DNA of 24,255 nt, from contig CAXBPH010000087.1 of NCBI GenBank assembly GCA_963977445.1, positions 1 through 24,255 on the forward strand, in the 5' to 3' direction. Numbering within the stretch: position 1 is the first letter of the stretch; each line of letters opens with the position of its first letter. The position numbers and the translations under genes are program-made. A model generated the notes under the pieces. The model was not told where the DNA came from. It ran no database searches and saw only the letters and a list, made by a program, of their open reading frames with translations. Positions 9,001 to 17,586 of the stretch are shown here, piece by piece. Source of the stretch: an uncultured bacterium (GTDB lineage Bacteria > Hydrogenedentota > Hydrogenedentia > Hydrogenedentales > JAEUWI01).

Positions 9001-9462
9001 GCTATCGATCTCGCAAAGCGAAGCGTTCAACTTGATGTGCCCTTACCGACGGGGCTCTCCCGCGGTCTGATGGCGGTCTTTTCTAACCCGGCGTATGGGC
9101 GAACAACGGCCTACCACATCGCATCTGGAGCGGGCACGGCGCTCACGCTTGATGCGGGCACCTTATTGCTGGGTACGGGGCGCGCCTGGGAGATTCGGGA
9201 CGACCAGACCATCCTCAGTGATGTGCCCCATGAATACGCCCGGCACACGGGCCGATTGTCGTCCGACTTCTTCCGGGGTAAGGTGATTCAGGGCAAGGAA
9301 GGCGGCAGCACCCGCGTGCAGTCGGTCAAGTCCGAAACACCTATGGTGATTACCGTGGAGGATGCCACCGTGTTTAGCCAGGAAGAGCCGTTCGACTACC
9401 TGGATATTGCACCGGGAGATCACGTCCGAATCGCGCTGCCCGAAGTCAGCACAACGGAATAG
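6019..9462 (+). CDS. Large secreted heparinase II/III-like polysaccharide lyase with an N-terminal F5/8 type C (discoidin/CBM32-like) domain, about 1147 aa
   Basis: Start moved to ATG 6019 (GGGAGA SD, signal peptide MRLGIALCIWSCAFLAHG). KAVDGNDSTRWAS and PQWIDLRF mark the F5/8 type C domain. Helical middle region with DRDGRYYESSLGY and RPNFGDS. HGDFDDLSL..YDIGYG..W..STVSHSLVTVN fits the Hepar_II_III domain. Confidence 0.78.
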   Translation: MRLGIALCIWSCAFLAHGEVTYYRDLAATASSEAGEKYGATKAVDGNDSTRWASRDGAEMPQWIDLRFEAPTVINYLYLKLSVDTLYSPWAEVALQFSSGDPVVYPLAATQDVVSLHFPERSTDFIRIEIRRVHEARHYVGVYTAYGAYDPDESLKVREDAPKPVDESTLTIRGRAIHPSVNLTPEDVVAAKARVESYPWARARRDTIVAEANKWLREDDAYWLSLLPEPGACYAYGFTACPICDGGTGTWQKANCSWEQPGQVVCVNGHSLPDEEHPDAGSGYTAPDGRIHYFKGQFNAWATEQWTQYALPSLTQAWLLTDDTRYADRAMLLLDALASIYKESTSGSWDYPSNPPSGRFARPWYQVARTLVKYVDFYDRLYHAPGMDEPSLRPGVTKRKNIEEYMLLDGAAYCYKKTFAGGLHNGHADYMRGALAVGCVLDIPEYIYNAVEGPFSIRTMLANNIDRDGRYYESSLGYAIHARLLYLTFADPLYNLRNAEYPTGINLYDDPVFRAAFLLPDTQVMLGGRRPNFGDSAPDFSYRAPEPPHANGSDIAFLERLYGRTEDPERRAIYNTLLDWSEASTADATADGESLDWLLWHGRERASTPEKTADLPAPYDRRIAGSWVAGMKGMAMLRAGDQAVLLRYGPSLTHGDFDDLSLQYYAKGYELSYDIGYGLGSTHVQIGWGSSTVSHSLVTVNEKNQMGGEGSGGSLHWFASLPTVQAVSASSEASYSAEGVSAYTRTLALVDGTYLIDAFHVTGGTQHDFAFGSIGTQLDAFGIDSITAQGGSLAEGVDWGRNIGADGDIKGYPNKPYWNPPPGNGYGFFKDIQRGQPTAHWGGEWTIPGEGDVRLRMHVLGDGGEAIIVHAPGLYPSKPDSSYVMARRQGEAPLESDFLAIYEPFTEKPELSAVKRVGAQAVEVLRSDSRTDLILLGSQRAETSIGAVDFTGDLAFLKVQDGAVIHWELQGAEALSINGKAIDLPPGVFEAKVTAIDLAKRSVQLDVPLPTGLSRGLMAVFSNPAYGRTTAYHIASGAGTALTLDAGTLLLGTGRAWEIRDDQTILSDVPHEYARHTGRLSSDFFRGKVIQGKEGGSTRVQSVKSETPMVITVEDATVFSQEEPFDYLDIAPGDHVRIALPEVSTTE

Positions 9463-9488
9463 AGCCATCCTGTGTCATGTGCGGTTTG

Positions 9489-10727
9489 TTATTTTGCCGC
9501 GATGTCGTAGGCGAAGAGATACTCGCCACGTCGAATATAGAGGCGTCCATCGGCGATGGTGGGGTGGGCCCAGTGTTTGGCTGAGCCTTCTTCGATGGCA
9601 AATTGCCCGGTGCGCTCGAAACCATCGGGGGTGGCCTTGACCAGGCTTACGATACCCTTTTGGGGACCTTCGTAGGCATAGAGCATACCATCGGCATAGA
9701 CGAGGGCACTTTCACTGATTTCTGACGTGCGCCACACGATTTTTCCGGTCTTGAACTCCAGGCACATCATTTCACGGCCGGAGCGGTGGGTTGTGCCGTA
9801 GATGTAGCCCTCTTTCAAGACCACCCCACCGTGGAAGGTGTCCATTTCGGTGTCTTGCCATACTGGCGTGATTTCCGACCCATCGTCCGAGAGTTGGAGG
9901 GTGCCGCCCCCTTCTTTGCTGCCGGCCACATAGTAGATCATGCCGTCGCTATATAATGGGGTGCTGGCGTGAATGTCGTATTTGTCGGGGTGCTCATAGG
10001 TCCACAGGACCTTGCCCGTATCCGGGTCGGCGCCGACGACATACTTGGCCGACATGGTTACCAGAATACGTCGTCCCTTGTGCACGATGATGTTGGGTGA
10101 GCAATAGGCCGAGGCGTCGCTGAATCCCTTCGACGCCCAGACGGTTGCGCCATCCTTTTTGTCGAGGGCGACCAAGGAGGCATCGGGGCCACCGGGCATG
10201 GCATAAACGTATTTGTCATCTACCAGGGGAGACTCTGCGATAGCCCACTGAATCTGGGTCCCCTTGAAGCGGGCCAGGGTATCCACCTCCCAGAGCGTTT
10301 TTTGGGTCGTCAGGTCGAAGCAATAGACCACACCGAGTCCGGAAATCAGGTAGCCACGGTCGCCTTCGATTGTCAGGGTCGAACGGGCTCCGGGGGCCAT
10401 CTTGTCGGTGGTTTCTTTGCCGTAATTCAAACGCCACTGCTCTTCGCCGGCCTTATTGAGGGCAAAGAGGTACCCGTCGTCTTCATTCAACAGTCCGGGG
10501 ACATAGAGGGTGTCTCCAGCCACCGAGACGGAGGCGTAGCCCATGCCTATGGAATCGATTTGCCATGCCAGCGCTGGGCCACCTTCCGGCCAGGACTTCA
10601 AGAGACCAGTTTCTGTGAATTGGCCATCTCGGTCGGGTCCTCGAAATTGCAGGGCATCACTGGCATGTACCAAGGTAGACGCTGCAAGGATCAGGTAACA
10701 CGCACTCCGAAAAGTCCACCGACGCAT
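9489..10727 (-). CDS. Secreted PQQ-binding-like (BamB-like) beta-propeller protein
   Basis: AGGAG SD, signal peptide, QFRGPDRDG, LLKSWPEGGP, repeated GxxxW blades, WAHPTIADGRLYIR. Confidence 0.9.
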   Translation of the reverse strand: MRRWTFRSACYLILAASTLVHASDALQFRGPDRDGQFTETGLLKSWPEGGPALAWQIDSIGMGYASVSVAGDTLYVPGLLNEDDGYLFALNKAGEEQWRLNYGKETTDKMAPGARSTLTIEGDRGYLISGLGVVYCFDLTTQKTLWEVDTLARFKGTQIQWAIAESPLVDDKYVYAMPGGPDASLVALDKKDGATVWASKGFSDASAYCSPNIIVHKGRRILVTMSAKYVVGADPDTGKVLWTYEHPDKYDIHASTPLYSDGMIYYVAGSKEGGGTLQLSDDGSEITPVWQDTEMDTFHGGVVLKEGYIYGTTHRSGREMMCLEFKTGKIVWRTSEISESALVYADGMLYAYEGPQKGIVSLVKATPDGFERTGQFAIEEGSAKHWAHPTIADGRLYIRRGEYLFAYDIAAK

Positions 10728-10754
10728 GAGAATTCTCCTGGGTTGTATTAATTT

Positions 10755-11756
10755 CTAGAACAACGAGCTGAACAGCGCCCAAACGCGGGTTACCGGGAAG
10801 GTGCTGGGAAACTTGTTGAACGATACATGACCATCCATATAGAGGACGTTGGCACCACCGGGAATATGATTGAATTCCGTGGGCACGGCACTCACGAAGT
10901 CATACATGACGGCCAGTGTGCTTTGGGACTGGGCCGAGGCTGCCGCGTTGTTGATATCGGTGATGTAGAAGCGTTCGATACCTTCGCGCAGCCGAAGAGC
11001 CGGCTCAAGGCCGGCACCGGAAATGTCGGAATCATAGGAGTTGGCACCGTAGGCCACCTCGGTTACCCGCTGGACGAAGGCCGCAACAAAGGCACCGTTG
11101 ATGTAGGTTGGAATGAGGTTGGCCGTGTTGGCTGCCCCATCATTGGGGTCGGCACCGGCCGCCAGGTAATTGTCCCCATCGATATCATTGAAGCCCCAGC
11201 CCAGGTAGACATAGGATTCGGGGCTGAAGGCGCAGGGGTCCCACTGGGCTTCGCCGGTGTTCGTCAGGACGGTCTGGTTATACCAATTGCCTGATTCTGT
11301 GTTGGTGGAATCGGTGCTATCCGGGTCCGAGGGGCAAATCAGGACGTTGGGGTCGGTGAGATATTCGGGGTAGACTTCCATTCCGTTAAAAACGAATTCC
11401 ACCGCGCCGGAGCCCCCCGTGCTGGGTGTGGGCTCGAAGGGATTCGCGTAGGCGCAAACGCCATTCACGGGCTCGGCATAGTTGCTGTAGTCATGGGGGA
11501 GGTTGGGGTCGAGGGGGTTGAGGTCCCGAACTTCATAAGAGACGCGGTCGGCCATGGCAGGAAACTTTTCACCAGCGGACTCGTTGGCGTACATTTTGAG
11601 CACCACGCCCAGTTGCTTCAGATTGTTGGCGCAACTTGAGCGGCGTGCGGCCTCCCGTGCCCGGGCCAGTGCCGGCAGGAGAATGGCCGCGAGAATGCCA
11701 ATAATCGCGATTACGACCAGCAATTCGATGAGGGTGAAGCCACGTTTTCGATTCAT
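10755..11756 (-). CDS. DUF1559-type prepilin-like protein (type IV pilin N-methylation signal and H-X9-DG-like C-terminal motif)
   Basis: [54 protein letters not shown], and C-terminal [17 protein letters not shown] (H-x10-DG here). Confidence 0.92.
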   Translation of the reverse strand: MNRKRGFTLIELLVVIAIIGILAAILLPALARAREAARRSSCANNLKQLGVVLKMYANESAGEKFPAMADRVSYEVRDLNPLDPNLPHDYSNYAEPVNGVCAYANPFEPTPSTGGSGAVEFVFNGMEVYPEYLTDPNVLICPSDPDSTDSTNTESGNWYNQTVLTNTGEAQWDPCAFSPESYVYLGWGFNDIDGDNYLAAGADPNDGAANTANLIPTYINGAFVAAFVQRVTEVAYGANSYDSDISGAGLEPALRLREGIERFYITDINNAAASAQSQSTLAVMYDFVSAVPTEFNHIPGGANVLYMDGHVSFNKFPSTFPVTRVWALFSSLF

Positions 11757-11824
11757 AGGTAATTCCTTTTAACTGCAGTTAACGTGGGCAACCCTCCAGG
11801 CAAGCGAGTCCTGTAGCGCGTTGG

Positions 11825-13339
11825 CTAAAGCTTAATCCATGTGGTCGTGTGGCACCCTTCGATATCTTCTTTATTGCGGAAAGAAATGGCCGCCGTCGGG
11901 CAGGCCCGGACGCACTCGTCGGCCGATTTCCGGAGCCCTTCATCGAGGCTGCGCCCGAAGGGCACTTTAATATCCATATCAAAGCCACGCCCACTGAAGG
12001 CGAGGCCGATATCTTCGCCATACTTCTCTGCGATCTCTACGCACAGGCCACAGCGGATACACTTGCCGGGTTCCAGATAAACGTCGCCGCCCAGGCCGAC
12101 AAAGGAGACCTTCTTTTCTTCGGTGGTGTTGTACTTGCGCTGTTCCGCGCCATATTCGTGGGACCATTTTCGCAGGGTACAGGAGACCCGTTTACGGCAA
12201 TCGCAATGAAGGCAGCGGCCCGCTTCCGCACGGGAATCGGATAGGGGTACTTCGTCTTCGATGGCGGCTACCGGCATGGCCTCGAGATTTTCATTGTGAT
12301 CCCGCATGTCCTCCATTTCCGCCTTCACCATTTTGCCGATTTTGGATTCGAAGAGCTTTTTTTCCGGTTTCGGGTCGACACTGGTCATGTAGCGATCCAC
12401 CCAGGCTGCCGTCGTCTTGCCATTGCCCACGGCCATGACCGTCAGCTTGTGTTCCTTTGCAGCAAAGACTTTGCCGCCCGGCTTCGGCATGCCGTCGCAG
12501 GCGAGAACGATACCGTCAAAGTCCCCTTTCAGGGCCTCCAACATTTCTTCGTCGACTTTCTGGCTGTACCGGTATTCCACGCCCAGCTTGGCGATAAATT
12601 CGATTTCCGTGTCGAGCACGTGCTTCGGCAATTTGCTGTCGGGCAGATCGCGAAGCTTTCCGCCGGCCTTTTCATCTTTTTCGTAGAGCGTTACGGCGTG
12701 GCCTCGTTTCCGAAGCACCCATGCCGCGGCCATACCCGTGGCACCCGCACCTACGATGGCCACCTTCTTACCAGAGTCCGGCGGGCATTCGAGTAGCTCC
12801 GGGTTCTCCTGAAGGGACTTCTCCGCCACGTTACGGTGCAACATGCGGATTTTCATGGTCTCGTCGTAGCTCTTCCGTCGGCAGGGGTTCTCGCAGGGTG
12901 CGGGGCAAACATAGCCGAGGGTCCAGGGGATGACCAATCCATTGTGGATGGTGAAGGCGGCATCGTCGAATTTGCCTTCGTAGATTTCACGCATCATGAC
13001 GGGGATATTCATCGAAGCGGGACAGGTGTGGGCGCAGGGGGCTTCGCAATCGCCGATGTGCTCACTGAGAATGAGTTCCAGCACTTCCTTGCGGGCCACG
13101 CACACGTCGCCCGTGTCCGTCTCGATTTTCATGCCTTCCTGGGCGAGGGTGCTGCAGGACGAGTGAATCTGACCCGTGTCCACATTGCGCACCGAGCAGA
13201 GCATGCAGGAGTTCATGGGGCGCACGCCTTCCCAATAGCACAACGTGGGAATCTCGATATCCATCTTACGGGCGGCCTGAAGGATGGTGGTCCCTTCGTC
13301 GACTTCGATATCCCGATTGTTGATACTCAGTGTAGGCAT
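11825..13339 (-). CDS. Multi-Fe-S subunit: NuoG/HydA-type N-terminal [2Fe-2S], GltD/NfnL-type Fe-S and partial FAD domain, C-terminal NuoG-like [4Fe-4S]; NAD(P)H-binding and catalytic domains absent
   Basis: IPTLCYW..SCMLC..SSC ([2Fe-2S]); HIGDCEAPCAHTCPA and LGYVCPAPCENPCRR (GltD Fe-S domain); KVAIVGAGATG (Rossmann); EAGRCLHCDC..C; KCIRCGLC and ECVRACPTAAI. AGGAG SD. Confidence 0.85.
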   Translation of the reverse strand: MPTLSINNRDIEVDEGTTILQAARKMDIEIPTLCYWEGVRPMNSCMLCSVRNVDTGQIHSSCSTLAQEGMKIETDTGDVCVARKEVLELILSEHIGDCEAPCAHTCPASMNIPVMMREIYEGKFDDAAFTIHNGLVIPWTLGYVCPAPCENPCRRKSYDETMKIRMLHRNVAEKSLQENPELLECPPDSGKKVAIVGAGATGMAAAWVLRKRGHAVTLYEKDEKAGGKLRDLPDSKLPKHVLDTEIEFIAKLGVEYRYSQKVDEEMLEALKGDFDGIVLACDGMPKPGGKVFAAKEHKLTVMAVGNGKTTAAWVDRYMTSVDPKPEKKLFESKIGKMVKAEMEDMRDHNENLEAMPVAAIEDEVPLSDSRAEAGRCLHCDCRKRVSCTLRKWSHEYGAEQRKYNTTEEKKVSFVGLGGDVYLEPGKCIRCGLCVEIAEKYGEDIGLAFSGRGFDMDIKVPFGRSLDEGLRKSADECVRACPTAAISFRNKEDIEGCHTTTWIKL

Positions 13340-13351
13340 GAGAAACTCCTG

Positions 13352-15799
13352 TTAGACCCGCGAGCCCGCTTTGATGGCGTCCACCGGACAAGCCACCAGG
13401 CAATAGTCGCAGCGCGTACAGATATCCAAATCAATGTGATGCATTTTGAAGGGGCCGCCGTCGATACAATCCACGGGGCACACCTGGGCACATTTGGTGC
13501 AGCCGATGCAGTTGTCTTCTACCCAGTAATCGATGAGGGGCTTACATTTTCCTGCGGGACAACGTCCCTCTACGTGGGCTTCGAATTCTTCCCGGAAATA
13601 CATGAGTGCGGTGAGCACCGGGTTGGGGGCGGTCTTGCCGAGTCCACAAAGACTCTGGCTCTTAACCACCTTGCCCAGCTCTTCCATCAGTTCCAGGTCG
13701 GAGGATTTGCCCTGACCTTCGCAGAGGCGGGTGAGCATTTCCTTCAGGCGCATGGTTCCGATGCGGCAGGGCGAACACTTGCCGCAGGACTCATCCTGGG
13801 TGAAGGAAAGGAAGTAGCGGGCCATTTCCACGATACAGTCGGAGTCATCGAGCACGACCATGCCACCGGAACCCATCATGGCACCGATTTTAGACAGGGC
13901 CTCAAAGTCGACGGGCGTGTCGGCCATGGACTCCGGAATAACGCCGCCGGAGGGTCCGCCGACGAGCATGGCCTTGAACTTGCGGCCATTGGCGATGCCG
14001 CCGCCGATTTCTTCGACAATCTGGCGTATTGTGATGCCCATGGGCACCTCGATAAGGCCACCATTGCGAATCTTTCCGGCGAGGGAGAACACTTTGGTGC
14101 CCTTACTCTTTTCCGTACCAAGTTTTGCGAATTCTTCGGCCCCTTTGCGAACGATCCAGGGGATCACCGCGAGGGTTTCGGTATTGTTAATCAGGGTCGG
14201 GCACTCATAGAGGCCGGAGATTGCGGGGTAGGGGGGGCGCATGGTGGGCATGCCCCGTTTTCCTTCGAGGGAGGCAATGAGGGCGGTTTCTTCACCACAC
14301 ACAAAGGCCCCGGCACCTTCTTTTACACGAAGGTGGAGGTTGAGGCCCGAACCCAGGAAGTTGTCCCCGAGAATACCCACTTCCATGCAATCGTCGATGG
14401 CGCGGCGCATTTGTTTTGTCGCCAACGGGTACTCGGCACGGATATAGAGGATGCCTTCGTCCGAACCCACGGCGAGGGCGCTGATAATCATGCCCTCGAT
14501 AACGCGGTAGGCGTAGGATTCAAGGATCATGCGATCCATGAAGGCACCTGGATCGCCTTCGTCACCATTGCAGATGATGTATTTCTTATTCTTCGGATTG
14601 GGCGCGTCGTGGACAAATTGCCACTTTTTGCCCGTGGGGAAGCCTGCGCCACCACGGCCGCGAAGACCACTGTTGTTGATTTCGTCAATGATTCGCTGGG
14701 GAGACCAGGCCTCGTCACTGGAGGGCAGATCATGGAGGGAGGTTCCGGCGTGCCGGGCCATCATAATCGCACCGGTGATTTTACCGAAGAGACATCGCTC
14801 GACGGCGGCGAATCCGCCTTTTTTCAGATACTCGCCCAGGTCGTGGGGGTCGATTTCACCGTGGTATTCCGTGGCAATATGCATTTGATTGCCCAGGAAG
14901 GCCGTTACGTGTTCGTCCCGCACATTGCCATCGTGGCGGGATACGGTATGGTTGTGGGCGTGGGCATCGACATAAAGATTATCGGCCCAGCGCAGCGCGG
15001 TAGAGCGCAGCCGGGATATGGGGGACTGGGGCTTGAAATGGCGCGCGATGATATCGGGGATATCGTCGGTCGTCACCCGCAGGTACATGGTGGGTTCTTT
15101 GTTTTCTTCGATAATTTCGAGGACAGGCACCTGGTGGCACATGTGCACACAACTCACGTGCTTTACCGGGACCGTGGATTGAATGCCCGCGAGGGCCAAT
15201 TCTACGGCCGCGTCGATGCGGTCGGTACCCCCGGCAACACAGCAGGAGTCGAGGCCAATACGAATTTCGGTACCATTTTCGATGACTTCGCGCTTCACGG
15301 GGGCGACATGGGTCGCCTTATCTTTTTCCCGCTGCTCAAAGTCACGCATGGTAGCGCCAACGGCTTCCGGGCCTACGTTGGCATAGGTCACGCCATCGAC
15401 CTGCATGGCCGGCGCCAGGGAACAGCAGCCGATGCAGGCTACTTTCTGGATCGTGTACTTGCCCTCATCGTCTGTGTCGCATCCTTTTTTGAGATTCAGA
15501 TGATCGGACAGGGCTTCATGAACGCCCTCCGCACCTTTCACGTGGCAGGCCGTGCCATCGCAGAGACTGATGACATGATTGCCCACCGGGTCGCGACGGA
15601 ACTGGGAGTAGAAGGTGGCTACACCTTCGATGGTTGCCGGTGTGATATCGGTCAGTTCGCAGACCCGCTCCAGGGCTTCGCTCGGCAGATACCGATACTC
15701 GGTCTGAATCGCCTGCAAGATGGGTATGACCGCTTCCGGGCTACGTCCTTGTTTTTCGACGATAGCATCAATTTGTATCAGGTCCAGGGTATCGGGCAT
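13352..15799 (-). CDS. Fused NuoE-NuoF (HydC-HydB / BfuC-BfuB-like) NADH-binding FMN/Fe-S flavoprotein with a C-terminal 2x[4Fe-4S] ferredoxin domain
   Basis: NuoE part: CDGTACHVKG and ACIGCCSLAP. Second [2Fe-2S]-like domain: GLDSCC and SCVHMC. NuoF part: SGLRGRGGAGFPTG, CNGDEGDPGAFMDR, GAGAFVCGEETAL, GGPSGG, ESCGKCSPCRIG, SLCGLG. Then HVEGRCPAGKC and two CxxCxxCxxxCP motifs. ATG 15799 overlaps the upstream TGA (TGATG). Confidence 0.93.
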   Translation of the reverse strand: MPDTLDLIQIDAIVEKQGRSPEAVIPILQAIQTEYRYLPSEALERVCELTDITPATIEGVATFYSQFRRDPVGNHVISLCDGTACHVKGAEGVHEALSDHLNLKKGCDTDDEGKYTIQKVACIGCCSLAPAMQVDGVTYANVGPEAVGATMRDFEQREKDKATHVAPVKREVIENGTEIRIGLDSCCVAGGTDRIDAAVELALAGIQSTVPVKHVSCVHMCHQVPVLEIIEENKEPTMYLRVTTDDIPDIIARHFKPQSPISRLRSTALRWADNLYVDAHAHNHTVSRHDGNVRDEHVTAFLGNQMHIATEYHGEIDPHDLGEYLKKGGFAAVERCLFGKITGAIMMARHAGTSLHDLPSSDEAWSPQRIIDEINNSGLRGRGGAGFPTGKKWQFVHDAPNPKNKKYIICNGDEGDPGAFMDRMILESYAYRVIEGMIISALAVGSDEGILYIRAEYPLATKQMRRAIDDCMEVGILGDNFLGSGLNLHLRVKEGAGAFVCGEETALIASLEGKRGMPTMRPPYPAISGLYECPTLINNTETLAVIPWIVRKGAEEFAKLGTEKSKGTKVFSLAGKIRNGGLIEVPMGITIRQIVEEIGGGIANGRKFKAMLVGGPSGGVIPESMADTPVDFEALSKIGAMMGSGGMVVLDDSDCIVEMARYFLSFTQDESCGKCSPCRIGTMRLKEMLTRLCEGQGKSSDLELMEELGKVVKSQSLCGLGKTAPNPVLTALMYFREEFEAHVEGRCPAGKCKPLIDYWVEDNCIGCTKCAQVCPVDCIDGGPFKMHHIDLDICTRCDYCLVACPVDAIKAGSRV

Positions 15800-17577
15800 C
15801 ACGAAGCCTCAATGCAGTAGAGTTGCGTTTCGGTTCGAACGTAAATACGGCCGTCCATAAAGGCGGGCGTAGCGTAGGTGGGTTCACCCAGGGGCAGGGC
15901 GGCGAGTGGTTCGTAGGTATCACTCGCCTTAAGTATGTGCATGGTGCCTCCCATATCGGCCACGTAGATGTATTCACCCACGAGAACGGGAGAAGAATAG
16001 AATCCTTCATCCATTTCTTCGGCCCAGTGTTCTTCACCGGTTTCCGCATCGAGACAGACGACGTCGCCTATGGCGGTTCCCAAATAGAAGCGCTCGCCAT
16101 CCCCGACGGGGCTGGAGACTTCGGGAAGGAGTTCATCAAACTGCCAGGCGATTTTGGTTTCTATGGCTTCGGCGGTACCGCCCAGGGTGATGCCCGTGGC
16201 TACCGCATATTCATTGGCGACAAAGACCATACCATTACTGTAGGCCGGGGAAGGGGCTACCTCGCCACCCAGGCATTCCACGGACCACAGGAGTTTGCCG
16301 GTCGTGGGGTCATAGGCGTCGACGTTCTCTTCCGATGCCAGGATAAGTTGGTCACCCAGGGTGGTCCGGGCGAGGATGGGGGATGCCCAGGATATCTTGT
16401 CCCGTGGCGTTGCCCAGACTTCTTTCCCCGTGGCCGTGTCGAAAGCGAGGATGCGCGCGTTTTCCGCCTGGTCGAACTGCACATAGAGCAGATTGTCAAA
16501 AGCGAGGAGGGAGGAAGAGTGGCCGTAGTGATTTTCCGGAAGGCCCAGATTGAAGCCCCAGAGCTCTTTGCCCTCTTTGTCGAGGCCCACCAGATCGCCG
16601 TTGGCAAACACGGCAAAGACGCGGTCGCCGTGGGCTACCATGGTGCAGGCAGCAAATCCGGTATCTTCCATGACGTCGGAAACTTCAGTCGGGGTGCCTG
16701 GATAAGGACTCAGGGTCTTGGTCCAGAGCAATTCACCGGAGTCTACATTGAAACAGTATACTTCGCGTTTTTCCTCATCGGCACCGGCCAGATAGAGGTG
16801 GTCACCCCAGACGACGGGCGAATTGTTGCCCGGCATAGGTGCCTCCACTTTCCAGAGGATATTGGTGCCCGCTTCCACATCCCAGGTGGTGGGTGCCGTC
16901 GTGAAATGGGCAATACCGTTGGCGCCGGGGCCGCGAAAGCTTGGCCAATTCACCTCGAGCTCGTCCCACATGGGGCCGGGCACCACAACGACTTCGGCGA
17001 CTTCCGTCACTTCGTCGGTGGCTTCTCCGGTGGTCTCGGTGCTCTTGGTGGAAGCCAGCACGGCTTCCTGTGTTTCCGCGAGCAGCGCGCTTTCTGCGAA
17101 GTATGAGGTCATCATTCCTCCGGCCAAGAGTCCAACACCGGCCCAGGTGATGAGCTGACGTGACTGGGCATAGGCCAGAAACTCTATATCCGCCGTGGGT
17201 TCATCGTCGAGCGTCGGCAATTGGGGGCGCCAGCGCATCATATTCTTGAAGGCTATCAGGAAGACCACGACCGCGCCCAGCAGGGTATAGGCACCAACGC
17301 GGAGTTGGGTCTGGCTTGTGAAGAAGGCCTTACGGGTCATCAGGTCCAGATCCCGAATGCGTTGGGCCAACACCTCATCTTTGGCTGGCAGCGACGCATA
17401 TTCCTGACGCATCGCAGTCAACAGTTCATGATTAACCGGATCCAGGTGTTGTATCTGGAGATAGTTAATGAGCAATAAGAGGAACACGAGGACCGAAAAA
17501 AGGCCCGCGACAATAGTGATCGTGGTAGAGAGACGCCATAAGAAGTCGCTCCTGTCAAACTCCCGTTTTTCTAACAT
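15799..17577 (-). CDS. Membrane protein with about 3 N-terminal TM helices fused to an acidic PQQ-like beta-propeller
   Basis: Hydrophobic segments near residues 20-40, 95-112 and 142-160, a Thr/Glu linker, then NWPSFRGP, repeated DxxTGxxxW blades and YATPAFMDGRIYVRT. Confidence 0.87.
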   Translation of the reverse strand: MLEKREFDRSDFLWRLSTTITIVAGLFSVLVFLLLLINYLQIQHLDPVNHELLTAMRQEYASLPAKDEVLAQRIRDLDLMTRKAFFTSQTQLRVGAYTLLGAVVVFLIAFKNMMRWRPQLPTLDDEPTADIEFLAYAQSRQLITWAGVGLLAGGMMTSYFAESALLAETQEAVLASTKSTETTGEATDEVTEVAEVVVVPGPMWDELEVNWPSFRGPGANGIAHFTTAPTTWDVEAGTNILWKVEAPMPGNNSPVVWGDHLYLAGADEEKREVYCFNVDSGELLWTKTLSPYPGTPTEVSDVMEDTGFAACTMVAHGDRVFAVFANGDLVGLDKEGKELWGFNLGLPENHYGHSSSLLAFDNLLYVQFDQAENARILAFDTATGKEVWATPRDKISWASPILARTTLGDQLILASEENVDAYDPTTGKLLWSVECLGGEVAPSPAYSNGMVFVANEYAVATGITLGGTAEAIETKIAWQFDELLPEVSSPVGDGERFYLGTAIGDVVCLDAETGEEHWAEEMDEGFYSSPVLVGEYIYVADMGGTMHILKASDTYEPLAALPLGEPTYATPAFMDGRIYVRTETQLYCIEAS

Positions 17578-17586
17578 TCTTGAGTA

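Noticed and set aside
11825..15799. Annotation as respiratory complex I nuoEFG, an [FeFe]-hydrogenase or glutamate synthase gltD
   Set aside because: No other nuo genes, no H-cluster motifs and no gltB are present. The GltD-like part lacks its NADPH domain.
12836..15820. 994-aa plus-strand ORF
   Set aside because: Antisense shadow of the NuoEF fusion and its partner gene. It has no recognisable motifs, and such shadows are common in GC-rich coding DNA.
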